Assembly (NCBI GenBank): GCA_020724955.1
Contig: DYFY01000001.1
Span: 2,046-66,045, forward strand
Source: Candidatus Parvarchaeum sp.
GTDB taxonomy: Archaea; Nanobdellota; Nanobdellia; Pacearchaeales; GW2011-AR1
Direction of reading: 5' to 3'
Length of the DNA stretch: 64,000 nucleotides
Positions 29,274-38,521 of the stretch are shown one piece after another. Positions within the stretch are counted from its first letter, which is position 1; every line of letters begins with the position of its first letter. The translations under genes and the position numbers were made by a program. The notes beneath the pieces were generated by a model. The model was not told the origin of the DNA. It saw only the letters and a program-made list of their open reading frames with translations, and did no database searches.

Positions 29274-29907
29274 CAGGGAATTTAAATTAGTTACCGCTAA
29301 AAACTGGAAAAAATGACTTTTTTTGCTTCTTTTTCATTAATAAGAAAATTGCGAATAGGTTTTTTATAGAGAAGAGAAAAGAAACAGAAAACTTAATAAT
29401 GTTATTAAACGACAATTCCATTCAGATGGTCTGTCAAGTCTCTCATATCGTTTGGCTTTCCTTGCAACCCTTCTCCTTTCTTTTCTCCATAATACATTCT
29501 ATCCATTTCTACGAAGAAGTCGTTTACCCTTCGCGCAGTTTCTTGATAATTATCTAATCCTTTTCTTTTATCTTCCCAAAGGACTCCAATCATTTGGCTT
29601 TATCCCATAATACTCTTGATCAGCTGAACCTATCAAAGACGCTCCTATACAAAATACTAAACCACTTGCTAAACCACTTAAAGTGTATATTATTATTGGT
29701 CTTTCTAAGGTCCTTCCACTGTAAGAAGAAGTGGGCTTCGCCTGTTGTTTTTCATATCGTTCAGGAGAGCCGGAATTACAACAAATGATAGCAGAGCCGC
29801 CAGATACTAACATTCCAAGACCTCCCATAAGTAATAAAAGAAAACCTAATCCACTTTTGTTTCTTATAGCTTCAGCCCTATCTGGCGAAATTTTGCTCTC
29901 AAGCATT

Positions 29908-30306
29908 TTATCTCATCCTCCCAATTTCATTTAAATAAAGAGCTAATTGTTTCATTGCCTTCGGTTTGCCTTCTAACTCTGAATAATATTTGTTGTCCAT
30001 ATTGAAATAGAACTGATTCAAAAACTGAATAATTCGCTTATAATTATCAACTCCCCTTTTCTGGATAAATTTGTAATATGCCTGTACATATTTAGCAAGC
30101 GTTTCCGTTAATTCTCTTACGTCTTCATCTTTTATATTGTGTGTTTCTCTAAGAAAATTCTCCATATCTTCTAATTCTTTGTTTATTGTTTGTTCAGTTG
30201 TTTGTTTCTTCTTTTCAGAACGTTCTAAAATTCCATGTTCCACTAAACCCTTATGGAACTTTTCTATTCCTTCTAACATTTCCTGATTGAATCCGCAATA
30301 GGGCAT
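29908..30306 (-). CDS. Hypothetical protein
   Basis: 132-aa helical ORF with no motif. Confidence 0.35.
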   Translation of the reverse strand: MPYCGFNQEMLEGIEKFHKGLVEHGILERSEKKKQTTEQTINKELEDMENFLRETHNIKDEDVRELTETLAKYVQAYYKFIQKRGVDNYKRIIQFLNQFYFNMDNKYYSELEGKPKAMKQLALYLNEIGRMR

Positions 30307-30414
30307 TTTTCGTTTCTTCTTAATTTCTTGTAAGAAAAGAATTTATATTATTTATCTCCCCTGTACAGAAGGTATAATAGAAAAGGTTTTATAGTGTTTA
30401 TTTTTCTATTTTAT

Positions 30415-31161
30415 ATGGCTAATAATGAGATGTTTAATTTATTGAAGATTGGATTAACAGAGGGAGAAGCGAAAGTATATTTAGCTCTAAGCGAGTTAGG
30501 AAGCTCGACAGTTGGACCTATAGTAAAAAAATCAAAAGTTGCTTACTCAAATATCTATGATATTTTAAACCGCTTAATAGAAAAGGGAATTGTGAGCTTT
30601 ATCATAAAGAACAAAACTAAATATTTTCAGGCAGCATCTCCTTCCAACCTTATTCAGTATCTTGATAAAAAGCAAGAAGAAATAATCCAAGAAAAAGAAG
30701 CATTAGAAAAGATTCTTCCGGAATTGGAAAAGTTGCAGGAGGCAAAATCTAAACAAGAAGCAGAAGTTTTTGTAGGAAAAAAAGGATTAAGAACCGCTTA
30801 CGAAAAATTGGTTCATAACATATCAAAAGATGATGAAGTACTATTTTTTTATATTCATAATGAAAGATATGCAGATGAGTCTAATTTATTTTATAATAGT
30901 ATTATAGAGCTCAATAAAAAAGCAAAAAATAGAGGAATTTGTAACAAAGAGTATAAAACTTCTTGGTTTGCTAAGAAACCAAATTATCTAACGATGAAAT
31001 TTACAGATTCTCCTCTTCCAGGAAATATTGATATTGTCAGAGATAAGGTATTGTTTACTTGTTGGGGAGAGAGTATCTTTTCGGTATTAATTCATTCCAA
31101 ATCTCTTGCAGAAAGTTTGAGAAATTATTTTAACGAAATGTGGAAAATCGCTAAAAAATAG
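30415..31161 (+). CDS. TrmB-family transcriptional regulator (second copy)
   Basis: N-terminal wHTH GLTEGEAKVYLALSELGSSTVGPIVKKSKVAYSNIYDILNRLIEKGIV. Start ambiguous among 30394, 30415 and 30430. Confidence 0.6.
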   Translation: MANNEMFNLLKIGLTEGEAKVYLALSELGSSTVGPIVKKSKVAYSNIYDILNRLIEKGIVSFIIKNKTKYFQAASPSNLIQYLDKKQEEIIQEKEALEKILPELEKLQEAKSKQEAEVFVGKKGLRTAYEKLVHNISKDDEVLFFYIHNERYADESNLFYNSIIELNKKAKNRGICNKEYKTSWFAKKPNYLTMKFTDSPLPGNIDIVRDKVLFTCWGESIFSVLIHSKSLAESLRNYFNEMWKIAKK

Positions 31162-31248
31162 ATATCTGTTCAAAAAGAAACAGTATAAGAGAACTATTTG
31201 GAAAATTTAAAACTAAAAAGACTGTTATTCAAAAAGAAGATAATTTAG

Positions 31249-32355
31249 CTAATGCTGAGTTTGTGAAGTTAGTTGATTATTTACATGTTTCTCAATTTCT
31301 TTTATCAAGTCAACATATCCATTTATCATATTAAATTTTTCTGCATCCTTGAATCTTAATATTTCCAGCTTTCCGTCTTCTGCTTTTAAGCCCTCAAGTT
31401 TTGGCATGGGAGCTATATATACAAATGTTTCGTAATTGCAACCTGCTTGTTTTGAGTAGTGAGTCCATTTTTTGAATAGCTTATGCCCTTCTAACTCTAT
31501 TCCTAACTCTTCTTTTATCTCTCTTTTCAATGCTTGTTCAGGAGTTTCGTTGTCTTCAACATGTCCGCCAAAAAAATGATACTCTTCCCCCCATTTACTA
31601 ATTCCTTTTCTGTTTTGCAAGAGTATGTTCCCATTGGAGTCATAGAAAAGAATGTTTGCTGCCTGTAGCGTTTTTAGCTTTTCTGTTTCTTCATCAAAAA
31701 TCCCTTTAATCTCCTGAAAAACTTCTTCAGGAGAGCGCTCGCCGTTTATTATGAATATTTTTTCTCCTTTTTGTTTCTGAATTTCTGCAGCTTTCAGGTA
31801 GTTTTCTCTCAGCTTACTGATAAAGTCCAAGTGAGCTTCGAACTTGTGCTCTTTTCCCCTAATTTCTATTGAATCTTTTTTCATCCGCTCCATCGCTTTT
31901 TCAGGAGAAATATCTATTATGAAAGTAATTTCTGGGATCGGCAGATCGTTCTGTTTTTTTATCAGGTTTTCCATTGGAATTCCCTGAGCTGATTGATAAG
32001 CTATTGTGGAGAATTTATATCTGTCTGTTACCACGAAATGACCTTTTTCTAAGTTTGGCAGGATAAGCTCTTCGACCTGTTTTCTTCTGTCGTTTATAAA
32101 GAGCTCTGCAAGTTTGTCCGCCTGAGAAAGAGGATCGGAATCCTGTGTCAATATTGCTCTGATATTTGTATCCTTATAGGGATTTCTTGTCAGGACTATG
32201 TGGTGATGTTTGTCCTTTTCGAAAATATATTGGACAAGTTTTTTTATCTGCGTGCTTTTCCCGCAGCCGTCTATGCCTTCAAATGCTATGAAGATTCCAG
32301 TTCGGAAAGGTTTATTATTTGATGATAATGTCATGTTCTCCTCTTTTAGTATCAA
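31249..32355 (-). CDS. tmk: Thymidylate kinase fused to a C-terminal NUDIX hydrolase domain
   Basis: Tmk P-loop FIAFEGIDGCGKSTQ, then VLTRNP and DRYKFSTIAYQ. C-terminal Nudix box GGHVEDNETPEQALKREIKEELGIE. Confidence 0.7.
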   Translation of the reverse strand: MILKEENMTLSSNNKPFRTGIFIAFEGIDGCGKSTQIKKLVQYIFEKDKHHHIVLTRNPYKDTNIRAILTQDSDPLSQADKLAELFINDRRKQVEELILPNLEKGHFVVTDRYKFSTIAYQSAQGIPMENLIKKQNDLPIPEITFIIDISPEKAMERMKKDSIEIRGKEHKFEAHLDFISKLRENYLKAAEIQKQKGEKIFIINGERSPEEVFQEIKGIFDEETEKLKTLQAANILFYDSNGNILLQNRKGISKWGEEYHFFGGHVEDNETPEQALKREIKEELGIELEGHKLFKKWTHYSKQAGCNYETFVYIAPMPKLEGLKAEDGKLEILRFKDAEKFNMINGYVDLIKEIEKHVNNQLTSQTQH

Positions 32356-33658
32356 ATCTGTCGGGCTCTAAGTCAAAGTTTACCGGAATGCTCAATTCTT
32401 TTTCTATATACTCTCCAATTTTCTTTGCAATTCTTCTTAGTGTTGGATGGACAAATCTTGTGGATCTTAATTCAGCTACATAAATCATTGAAGGCAAATC
32501 CCCCACTACGAAGTTTGAAGTATTGTAACCCATTGGGATATAGTATTGTTTGATCTCGGGCTGAATATTCAATTCTTTTAGTTTTGCTTCCAAAATTCTT
32601 AGAAACTCTCTGGCTTCTCTTTTGGTGTTTTCTGAGAGATTGTCTAAATACCATTCATTGAAACCTATTTGAGTAGTTAATAATGGCATTCTTTGGTCAA
32701 TTCCTCTGTGTCTTTGAATGTCTCTAAACGAGCCAAAATCTAGCTTAAATTTGGAAGATATTCTTCCAATATGACTGAGAAATTTCGGGAGTTCTGTTTT
32801 TGCCGGGCGCTGTTGCAGCAACTCAAGATATTCTTTTAATAGGTTTTTGTTGATATCTGAGTTTATCTGAAAATCTGGACATTTTGGATCATGGTAGAAA
32901 TAATTTTTTGCAATAAGTTCTTGGTAATTTTCAGTATCGGAGTATCTTTTTTTTGTAAATGAGCTGGGGTGCGCTTCTATAACTGCGTCTTCTATTGCTT
33001 CTGCAATATTTCTTACTTCTTTTAGCGGATGATGCCTAAGAAAAAGCAATTTATCGGCAACTTGTCTTAAGTTTGAATGCCAGGCTAGTTTTGTAGATGC
33101 TCCGGCAGGAAGAAACCCTCTGGCGATGTCAAATGCTCTTGCGTTAATTGCTTTTTCGTATATGTTGTCTTTTTCTCCCTCTGGCTTTGGGTTTTGTTCT
33201 TTTAAGTAGACTTTTATAGGCTCTAGGATTTTTAGATAGAATTTTCTTTGGGATTCTAAAATTTCATTCCCTTTTTGAGAGCCCAATGGGTTGATAAATG
33301 GCTGATTTGAGAAGTCAATGTACCTTGTAGATGCCTCTTGTCCGCTGTATAGCTTATTGTCCTGAATTGCTTTTGCGGCAAGCATGGAGACTCCCTCTAT
33401 AAAAATTGTTGTGCTTCCGCAGTCTCCAATAGACTTATGCCCATATCCTACGTAAAATTTTTCCATAAAATTGGCGGAGCCTTTTTCTTCAAGAACTTCC
33501 AGGTGATTCTTAAGCCCTCCAAGTGACCTTGAATGAAGCGCTTGTAGCATCGCTTCTGATTCGCTGGTGATTGTTGCACCGGTGTCTAACACATAGACTT
33601 CTCCTCCTCCAGAAATTTTTCTATGCACATGCCTTAGAGATTTTGTTCCTGAGATCAT
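32315..33658 (-). CDS. thyX: ThyX-like flavin-dependent thymidylate synthase family protein, long 447-aa form
   Basis: SFRDIQRHRGIDQRM carries the ThyX RHR core. The RHR lies about 300 residues in, and the Ser of the canonical RHR-x7-S is not evident, so this is divergent or duplicated-fold. Confidence 0.55.
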   Translation of the reverse strand: MISGTKSLRHVHRKISGGGEVYVLDTGATITSESEAMLQALHSRSLGGLKNHLEVLEEKGSANFMEKFYVGYGHKSIGDCGSTTIFIEGVSMLAAKAIQDNKLYSGQEASTRYIDFSNQPFINPLGSQKGNEILESQRKFYLKILEPIKVYLKEQNPKPEGEKDNIYEKAINARAFDIARGFLPAGASTKLAWHSNLRQVADKLLFLRHHPLKEVRNIAEAIEDAVIEAHPSSFTKKRYSDTENYQELIAKNYFYHDPKCPDFQINSDINKNLLKEYLELLQQRPAKTELPKFLSHIGRISSKFKLDFGSFRDIQRHRGIDQRMPLLTTQIGFNEWYLDNLSENTKREAREFLRILEAKLKELNIQPEIKQYYIPMGYNTSNFVVGDLPSMIYVAELRSTRFVHPTLRRIAKKIGEYIEKELSIPVNFDLEPDRFDTKRGEHDIIIK

Positions 33659-34155
33659 TTTAATTCTAATTTTGATTTTAACATATCCTTTATTTTCGGT
33701 TCTGGTTTCCAGTAGTTAGGGCCCTTTGTGACTTTTCCTCTTTCGTCATAAATTGGTTTTCCATCCGCTCCCATCTTGCTGAAATTACTCTGCATTATTA
33801 TCTTCAGAACTTCCTCTAGATCTATGCCATATTTTAGAGCTTCGCTTCTTACATATACTACTATATCTCCAAAAACGTCTGAGATTGCTGTTAATATTTC
33901 CAGCTTTTCCTCTTCACTCATCTCTGAGTTTTTTATATTTTCATATTTTTTTATTATCTCATCCATCTCCTGTATCTCTTCTGTTAAAATTTTCTTGAAA
34001 TTTTTTAATCTATCAACTCCTAAGTCAGTGGGTTTATCATTTATGGGAAGACCATATAATTTATTCATTTCAATTATGGAATCTTTAAACTCTTTATTCA
34101 TTGTTTTTTTATAAACTGAGTTTATATAAAGATTATTGTCTTTATACTTGTTCAA
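33655..34155 (-). CDS. MazG-like all-alpha NTP pyrophosphohydrolase, possible dUTPase/dCTPase role
   Basis: LTEEIQEMDEI (EExxE/D) and ISDVFGDIVVYV (D-x2-Y) resemble MazG metal-binding helices. 166 aa. Confidence 0.45.
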   Translation of the reverse strand: MNKYKDNNLYINSVYKKTMNKEFKDSIIEMNKLYGLPINDKPTDLGVDRLKNFKKILTEEIQEMDEIIKKYENIKNSEMSEEEKLEILTAISDVFGDIVVYVRSEALKYGIDLEEVLKIIMQSNFSKMGADGKPIYDERGKVTKGPNYWKPEPKIKDMLKSKLELK

Positions 34156-35092
34156 TGAAGCTGAATGGTACGAACAGATTCTTTTGGTAGGCTCTTTCGC
34201 ATCTCAAAGTCATTAGTTTGGTATCAGGAGTCCTAAATTCTTCTTCTTTCATTCTTGCTATGTCGTTTATGTTTAACCAAACTATTTCAGAAGTTTCATC
34301 TTTTACATTATCTGGAACTTCTTTTATTTTTTCATCTATCAAGGACGCCGAAGCTATATTGACGGCAAAAGGAGCCTTCTGATTTGGATACATTCCGACA
34401 TAATTTACAGCTATTCCTACTAATCCAAGAGGATGAGATATCATTTTTCCACCGCTTTCTTGCAGCCTTTCTCTTGAAATTCCAGCTTCAATAGTCTCCC
34501 CCTCTTCAATTTTCCCTCCGAAAAAGCTTAATAAATTATTATATCTTTGACATCTCATAAATGCATACTCAACGTTTCCACTTCTTTCGTATCTTAGAAT
34601 CTCGCTTCCGACTAAGAAATCTGTTCTTCCCCATTGTCCAGGAATTTGAGCTGTCCTGTATCCGCTGGGAACTTCAGTAACCTGAATGAAATCTAGGGGC
34701 ACTATATGCCTACTAAATATTTTAGAGATTAGCGTATAAACATCAGGAGTCCTAAATTCTTCTTTTCTCGCCAGAGCTTCTGCTGGACTTATCTGTATTA
34801 TGTTTCTCCGGGATGGAAAACTTGTTATGACTCCTGTAGAACCTATATTAACTACATTTTTCCCTGAAGGGGTTTTATGATGGGTTATTCGTGTTATGTG
34901 GTATGGTTCTATCTCTATTCCATTTTCTTCTCTAACTCTTTGTTGAAGACCTTCTTGATACCCCTTTTCCCAAGGAATGTGTCCTCCCAAAAGAGAAAGT
35001 TTTCCATCTGCTTCTTTTAATGTTATAAGCCCATTTTGATATGGAACTATGGTACATACACTTGTTGAAATCGTCGATGTATCTGAACTCAT
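34142..35092 (-). CDS. Tandem NUDIX-domain hydrolase
   Basis: Two Nudix-box-like segments, LLGGHIPWEKGYQEGLQQRVREENGIE and FFGGKIEEGETIEAGISRERLQESGGK. Each half ends with an EEFRTPD motif. Confidence 0.55.
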   Translation of the reverse strand: MSSDTSTISTSVCTIVPYQNGLITLKEADGKLSLLGGHIPWEKGYQEGLQQRVREENGIEIEPYHITRITHHKTPSGKNVVNIGSTGVITSFPSRRNIIQISPAEALARKEEFRTPDVYTLISKIFSRHIVPLDFIQVTEVPSGYRTAQIPGQWGRTDFLVGSEILRYERSGNVEYAFMRCQRYNNLLSFFGGKIEEGETIEAGISRERLQESGGKMISHPLGLVGIAVNYVGMYPNQKAPFAVNIASASLIDEKIKEVPDNVKDETSEIVWLNINDIARMKEEEFRTPDTKLMTLRCERAYQKNLFVPFSFIEQV

Positions 35093-35135
35093 TATAATTC
35101 AGCTAGAAACTAGTTTAAAAGGGTTTTCTTTGAAT

Positions 35136-35444
35136 TCAATCTTTCATCTCAATTTTAATCTGGACGCTTCTTGGGATTTTAAGCATCATTATAGGATGGA
35201 GAATTCTATCTTCTGCCGGTAGGTCGATTATCCTTTTATGGACTCGCATTTCAAATCTGTCAAAAGTGGCTGTTCCGTCTCCACAGGGGGATTTTCTTGT
35301 TGTAACTTTCATGCGTCTTGTTGGAAGAGGTATTGGCCCGCGCATAGCTACTCCTGCCCTGCCGGAAATTTCTCTAATCATCTCTATTATTGCATTCAAT
35401 GCAGAGATGTCAACACTGCTAAGCTTGATTCTTACCTTTCCCAT
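35136..35444 (-). CDS. rps10: Ribosomal protein uS10 (S10p/S20e)
   Basis: KVRIKLSSVDISALNAIIEMIREISGRAGVAMRGPIPLPTRRMKVTTRKSP...MRVHKRIIDL matches uS10 throughout. Confidence 0.85.
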   Translation of the reverse strand: MGKVRIKLSSVDISALNAIIEMIREISGRAGVAMRGPIPLPTRRMKVTTRKSPCGDGTATFDRFEMRVHKRIIDLPAEDRILHPIMMLKIPRSVQIKIEMKD

Positions 35445-35498
35445 AGGGTTGATAGAAAAAGGCGGTTTTTAAATGTTTTTGGCTTTTTTTTGATTTTA

Positions 35499-35590
35499 GG
35501 CGAGCCCTGCTCGCCGCGTGAACAGGGCTCTTCCATCACAGCCAAGTGTGATGAACATTATTTATGTATTTGGAGCGCAAACTGATTTTT
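35499..35590 (+). other. GC-rich structured element upstream of rps10 (two hairpins plus a GUGAUGA...CUGA pair), candidate small RNA
   Basis: Hairpin GAGCCCTG/CAGGGCTC at 35502-35530. Hairpin ATCACA/TGTGAT at 35535-35552. C-box-like GTGATGA at 35548-35554 and CTGA at 35582-35585. Strand is arbitrary. Confidence 0.25.
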
Positions 35591-35601
35591 TAAATGTTGT
35601 T

Positions 35602-36012
35602 TTAACAGCTTCGTGTTGGAGTGTTACATTGGTTTAGACAATCTTTAAATTCACAATTTAGGGCTGGATCGCGAATTCTGAAAGTGCCATCCGGACAATG
35701 TTTTACGTCTGTGCCGCAGTCTTTTTGATTTGATTCTGAGCAGGAAAATATACAGCTTGAGTCAAGCCTGGCCACGTAATACCACTCTCCTTTTTTGCAA
35801 GGATATTCACTTTCTTCTAATTTGTGTCTTGCTTTGCAGCAGGCTGTTTGCTCTTCTGCTGATAAGGATCCGCATGCTATCTCGTCGGTTGCACCCTCTG
35901 TGTATTTTTTATCTTCATTTTGATTATTGTTTAAAGGCAGATATGTGTAGATTAACAAAGTTATCATACCTAGAATTAAAATGATAAAAACAACTATAAT
36001 AATTTTGCCCAT
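35602..36012 (-). CDS. Membrane-anchored cysteine-rich small protein
   Basis: N-terminal TM, then about 15 Cys in 100 residues (ACGS...TACCKARH...PCKKGEWYY...CIFSCSES...DCGTDVKHCPDG...NCEFKDCLNQCNTPTRSC). Confidence 0.45.
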   Translation of the reverse strand: MGKIIIVVFIILILGMITLLIYTYLPLNNNQNEDKKYTEGATDEIACGSLSAEEQTACCKARHKLEESEYPCKKGEWYYVARLDSSCIFSCSESNQKDCGTDVKHCPDGTFRIRDPALNCEFKDCLNQCNTPTRSC

Positions 36013-36111
36013 TCAAAATTTAAATTATTGAATTATATAACTTTTTGGAATCTGAAAAAGACAAGGTATTTAAAATTGTTTTTCCAATATTTTTTTGGGA
36101 GAAGAGGTGAA

Positions 36112-37815
36112 ATGGAGTTGATTTTACAGCTAGGGCTTGTGGTTGGGATTGCGGCAGTTTTGACTTTGCTGGCTAAACTTATCAAACAGCCTCCTCTGAT
36201 TGCTTTTCTTGTTACAGGGATTATTGCAGGACCTTTATTTCTCGGAATTTTAGAAACAGGTGAAATATTTGAATCATTTTCACACATTGCAGTTGCTTTT
36301 TTGCTGTTTATTGTTGGCATAAGCCTTGATTTCAGGATTCTGAAAAATTTTGCCAAAGTTTCTCTGGTTGTTGGAATTGGACAAATTATTATCACCGGGA
36401 TTTTGGGATTTTTTATCGGAGCTTGGCTTGGCTTTAGCTTAATACACAGCGTTTATATCGCTGCTGCTCTGGCTTTTTCTTCAACATTTATTGTTGTAAA
36501 GCTGATAAGCGACAAAAGGGAGCTTGAGAGCCTGCATGGAAAAATAGCTCTTGGAATTTTAATTGTCCAGGATTTTATAGCTGCATTGATTTTGACCATT
36601 GTTCCTGTGTTAAGCCTTCAGGAGTTTGGCAGCGCGTTGATTTTAAGCCAGCTGGCTAAAGTCGCTTTATTGATTTTTGTTGTATTTTTATTTTCGTATT
36701 TTGTTATTCATGGGATTTTTTCAATTGCCTCCAGAAATGAAGACGTGCTCTTTTTGTTTGGGATTGGATGGGCTCTGCTGATTTCTTTATTATTTAAGTA
36801 CCTTGGATTTTCCTTGGAAATTGGAGCTTTGGTGGCTGGAATGTCTTTAGCTTCTTCTAAATACAGCCTGATGATTAGCAGCAAAACCAAGGGATTAAGG
36901 GACTTCTTTGTTTTGTTATTCTTTGTTTTTTTTGGCAGTTTTTTGGCCGGACCTTTTGATGCAAAATTGATAATTTCAGCCGCTGTATTTTCTGCTTTGG
37001 TTCTGGCGGGAAATCCGCTGATAATAATGGCCTTGATGAAAGGGCTTGGATATAAAAAACGCGTGAATTTCCTGACAGGGATTTCTCTTGCTCAGATAAG
37101 TGAATTTTCTTTAGTGCTGATATTGCTTGGTTTTACGGCAGGATTGGTAAGCCAGCAGGTGCTTTCTTTGATTATTCTAGTTGCATTGATTACTTTTGCA
37201 CTAAGCAGTTATGGAATTTTCTATTCCCATTCTCTTTACAGAATTTTATCTCCTGTTCTCGGAATTTTCGATTCTTCCGGGCCTGAAAGAAGAATACATA
37301 AGGACAGGGAGTATCACACAATTTTGTTTGGGTATAACAGGATAGGGTACAACCTTCTGGAAGCCCTGGACAAAAGCAAAAAAGATTATCTTGTTGTCGA
37401 TTATAATCCTGATACAATCAACAAATTGCAGAAAGAAGGAGTTCCATGCATTTATGGGGATGCCCAAGACCACGAATTTCTGAAAGAGCTTAACCTAAAG
37501 GAAAAGAAAATGGTTATTTCCACAATTCCTGATCTGGACATTAATCTTGTTATTTTAAGGCAGGTTGATCTAAGGAATACTGCTTTTATTGCAACAGCTC
37601 ATTTCATTGAGGATGCGAAGAAACTTTATGATTCTGGGGCGGATTATGTGATAATGCCTCATTTTCTTGGGGGCGAACAGGCAGGACATATGTTAGTGAA
37701 AGCGGAGTTTGACAAGAAAAAAATAGCTCCTATCGGAGACAGACACTTAAAGGATTTGGCAAAAAGGACTAAGGCGGGACACAGGCATCCAACTTCGGAT
37801 TATCATGGAGATTGA
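36112..37815 (+). CDS. CPA2-family cation:proton antiporter (KefB-like) with a C-terminal RCK/TrkA-N domain
   Basis: Ten or more TM helices. C-terminal ILFGYNRIGYNLLEALDKSKKDYLVVDYNPD is the RCK Rossmann GxGxxG region. Start at the internal ATG 36112 (MELILQ). Confidence 0.75.
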   Translation: MELILQLGLVVGIAAVLTLLAKLIKQPPLIAFLVTGIIAGPLFLGILETGEIFESFSHIAVAFLLFIVGISLDFRILKNFAKVSLVVGIGQIIITGILGFFIGAWLGFSLIHSVYIAAALAFSSTFIVVKLISDKRELESLHGKIALGILIVQDFIAALILTIVPVLSLQEFGSALILSQLAKVALLIFVVFLFSYFVIHGIFSIASRNEDVLFLFGIGWALLISLLFKYLGFSLEIGALVAGMSLASSKYSLMISSKTKGLRDFFVLLFFVFFGSFLAGPFDAKLIISAAVFSALVLAGNPLIIMALMKGLGYKKRVNFLTGISLAQISEFSLVLILLGFTAGLVSQQVLSLIILVALITFALSSYGIFYSHSLYRILSPVLGIFDSSGPERRIHKDREYHTILFGYNRIGYNLLEALDKSKKDYLVVDYNPDTINKLQKEGVPCIYGDAQDHEFLKELNLKEKKMVISTIPDLDINLVILRQVDLRNTAFIATAHFIEDAKKLYDSGADYVIMPHFLGGEQAGHMLVKAEFDKKKIAPIGDRHLKDLAKRTKAGHRHPTSDYHGD

Positions 37816-38457
37816 TTATTCTTCCTCTTCCTCTTCGGATCTAAAAGGAGTCGCTATCAAATCGAGTATTCTGAGTATTATTTCAAGAATTATTATAAAC
37901 ACCAAGAAATAGAATATGTTTGTTACCAGAGCAGGAACCTGTGCCAAGTTTGTAATTACCCTTTCCAGAGAAAAGAATCCCGGGGAGAGTATAAAAATTG
38001 CCAATACTGTAAATGGAAACATTTTTGCTAAATCTTTTGATAAATCTTCCTCGTAATATGCCAAAATCCTTATTGCTGCAACTATTGCAGCAGAAACTAT
38101 TATAACCTGATTTATCCCTAGTTCTTCGGATAGAATAAGAATTATTAAAGCCAGCACAGCGAACCAGAAAAATATCAGGAATGGAAGGATGATTATATAC
38201 TGCAGAAAATAAAGTATTACTCCAAAAAGCTTGCTGAAGATGGGGTGATTGCTTGTATTGTATTTTGCAAGGTTTAATTCTATGAGATTCTTTTTTGAGA
38301 GGTAGCGGTAAAACTTCCAGGTGAATATTGAATATATTGCTATCAGGATTGAAAAAACCAGAAGGCTCACAATGGGGGAATATTGACTTGGTATCGCTGA
38401 TTGAAGATTGTTATACCCATCTAAAAACACCCCCTTTGTAAAGTCAACCAAACTCAT
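37816..38457 (-). CDS. Membrane protein with a poly-Glu C-terminus
   Basis: Five TM helices; ends RSEEEEEE. Confidence 0.45.
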   Translation of the reverse strand: MSLVDFTKGVFLDGYNNLQSAIPSQYSPIVSLLVFSILIAIYSIFTWKFYRYLSKKNLIELNLAKYNTSNHPIFSKLFGVILYFLQYIIILPFLIFFWFAVLALIILILSEELGINQVIIVSAAIVAAIRILAYYEEDLSKDLAKMFPFTVLAIFILSPGFFSLERVITNLAQVPALVTNIFYFLVFIIILEIILRILDLIATPFRSEEEEEE

Positions 38458-38521
38458 TTTTTTAGGTGGTTTTTAAAGTTTATAAAGTTAATTTTAAATA
38501 TGGTTCTGTGCTTTTAGAGTT

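Noticed and set aside
29405-29906. Overlapping minus-strand ORFs 29405-29593 and 29568-29906, possibly a frameshifted single gene
   Set aside because: Neither part has a recognisable motif. The junction cannot be resolved by eye, so a coding call in this interval was not made.
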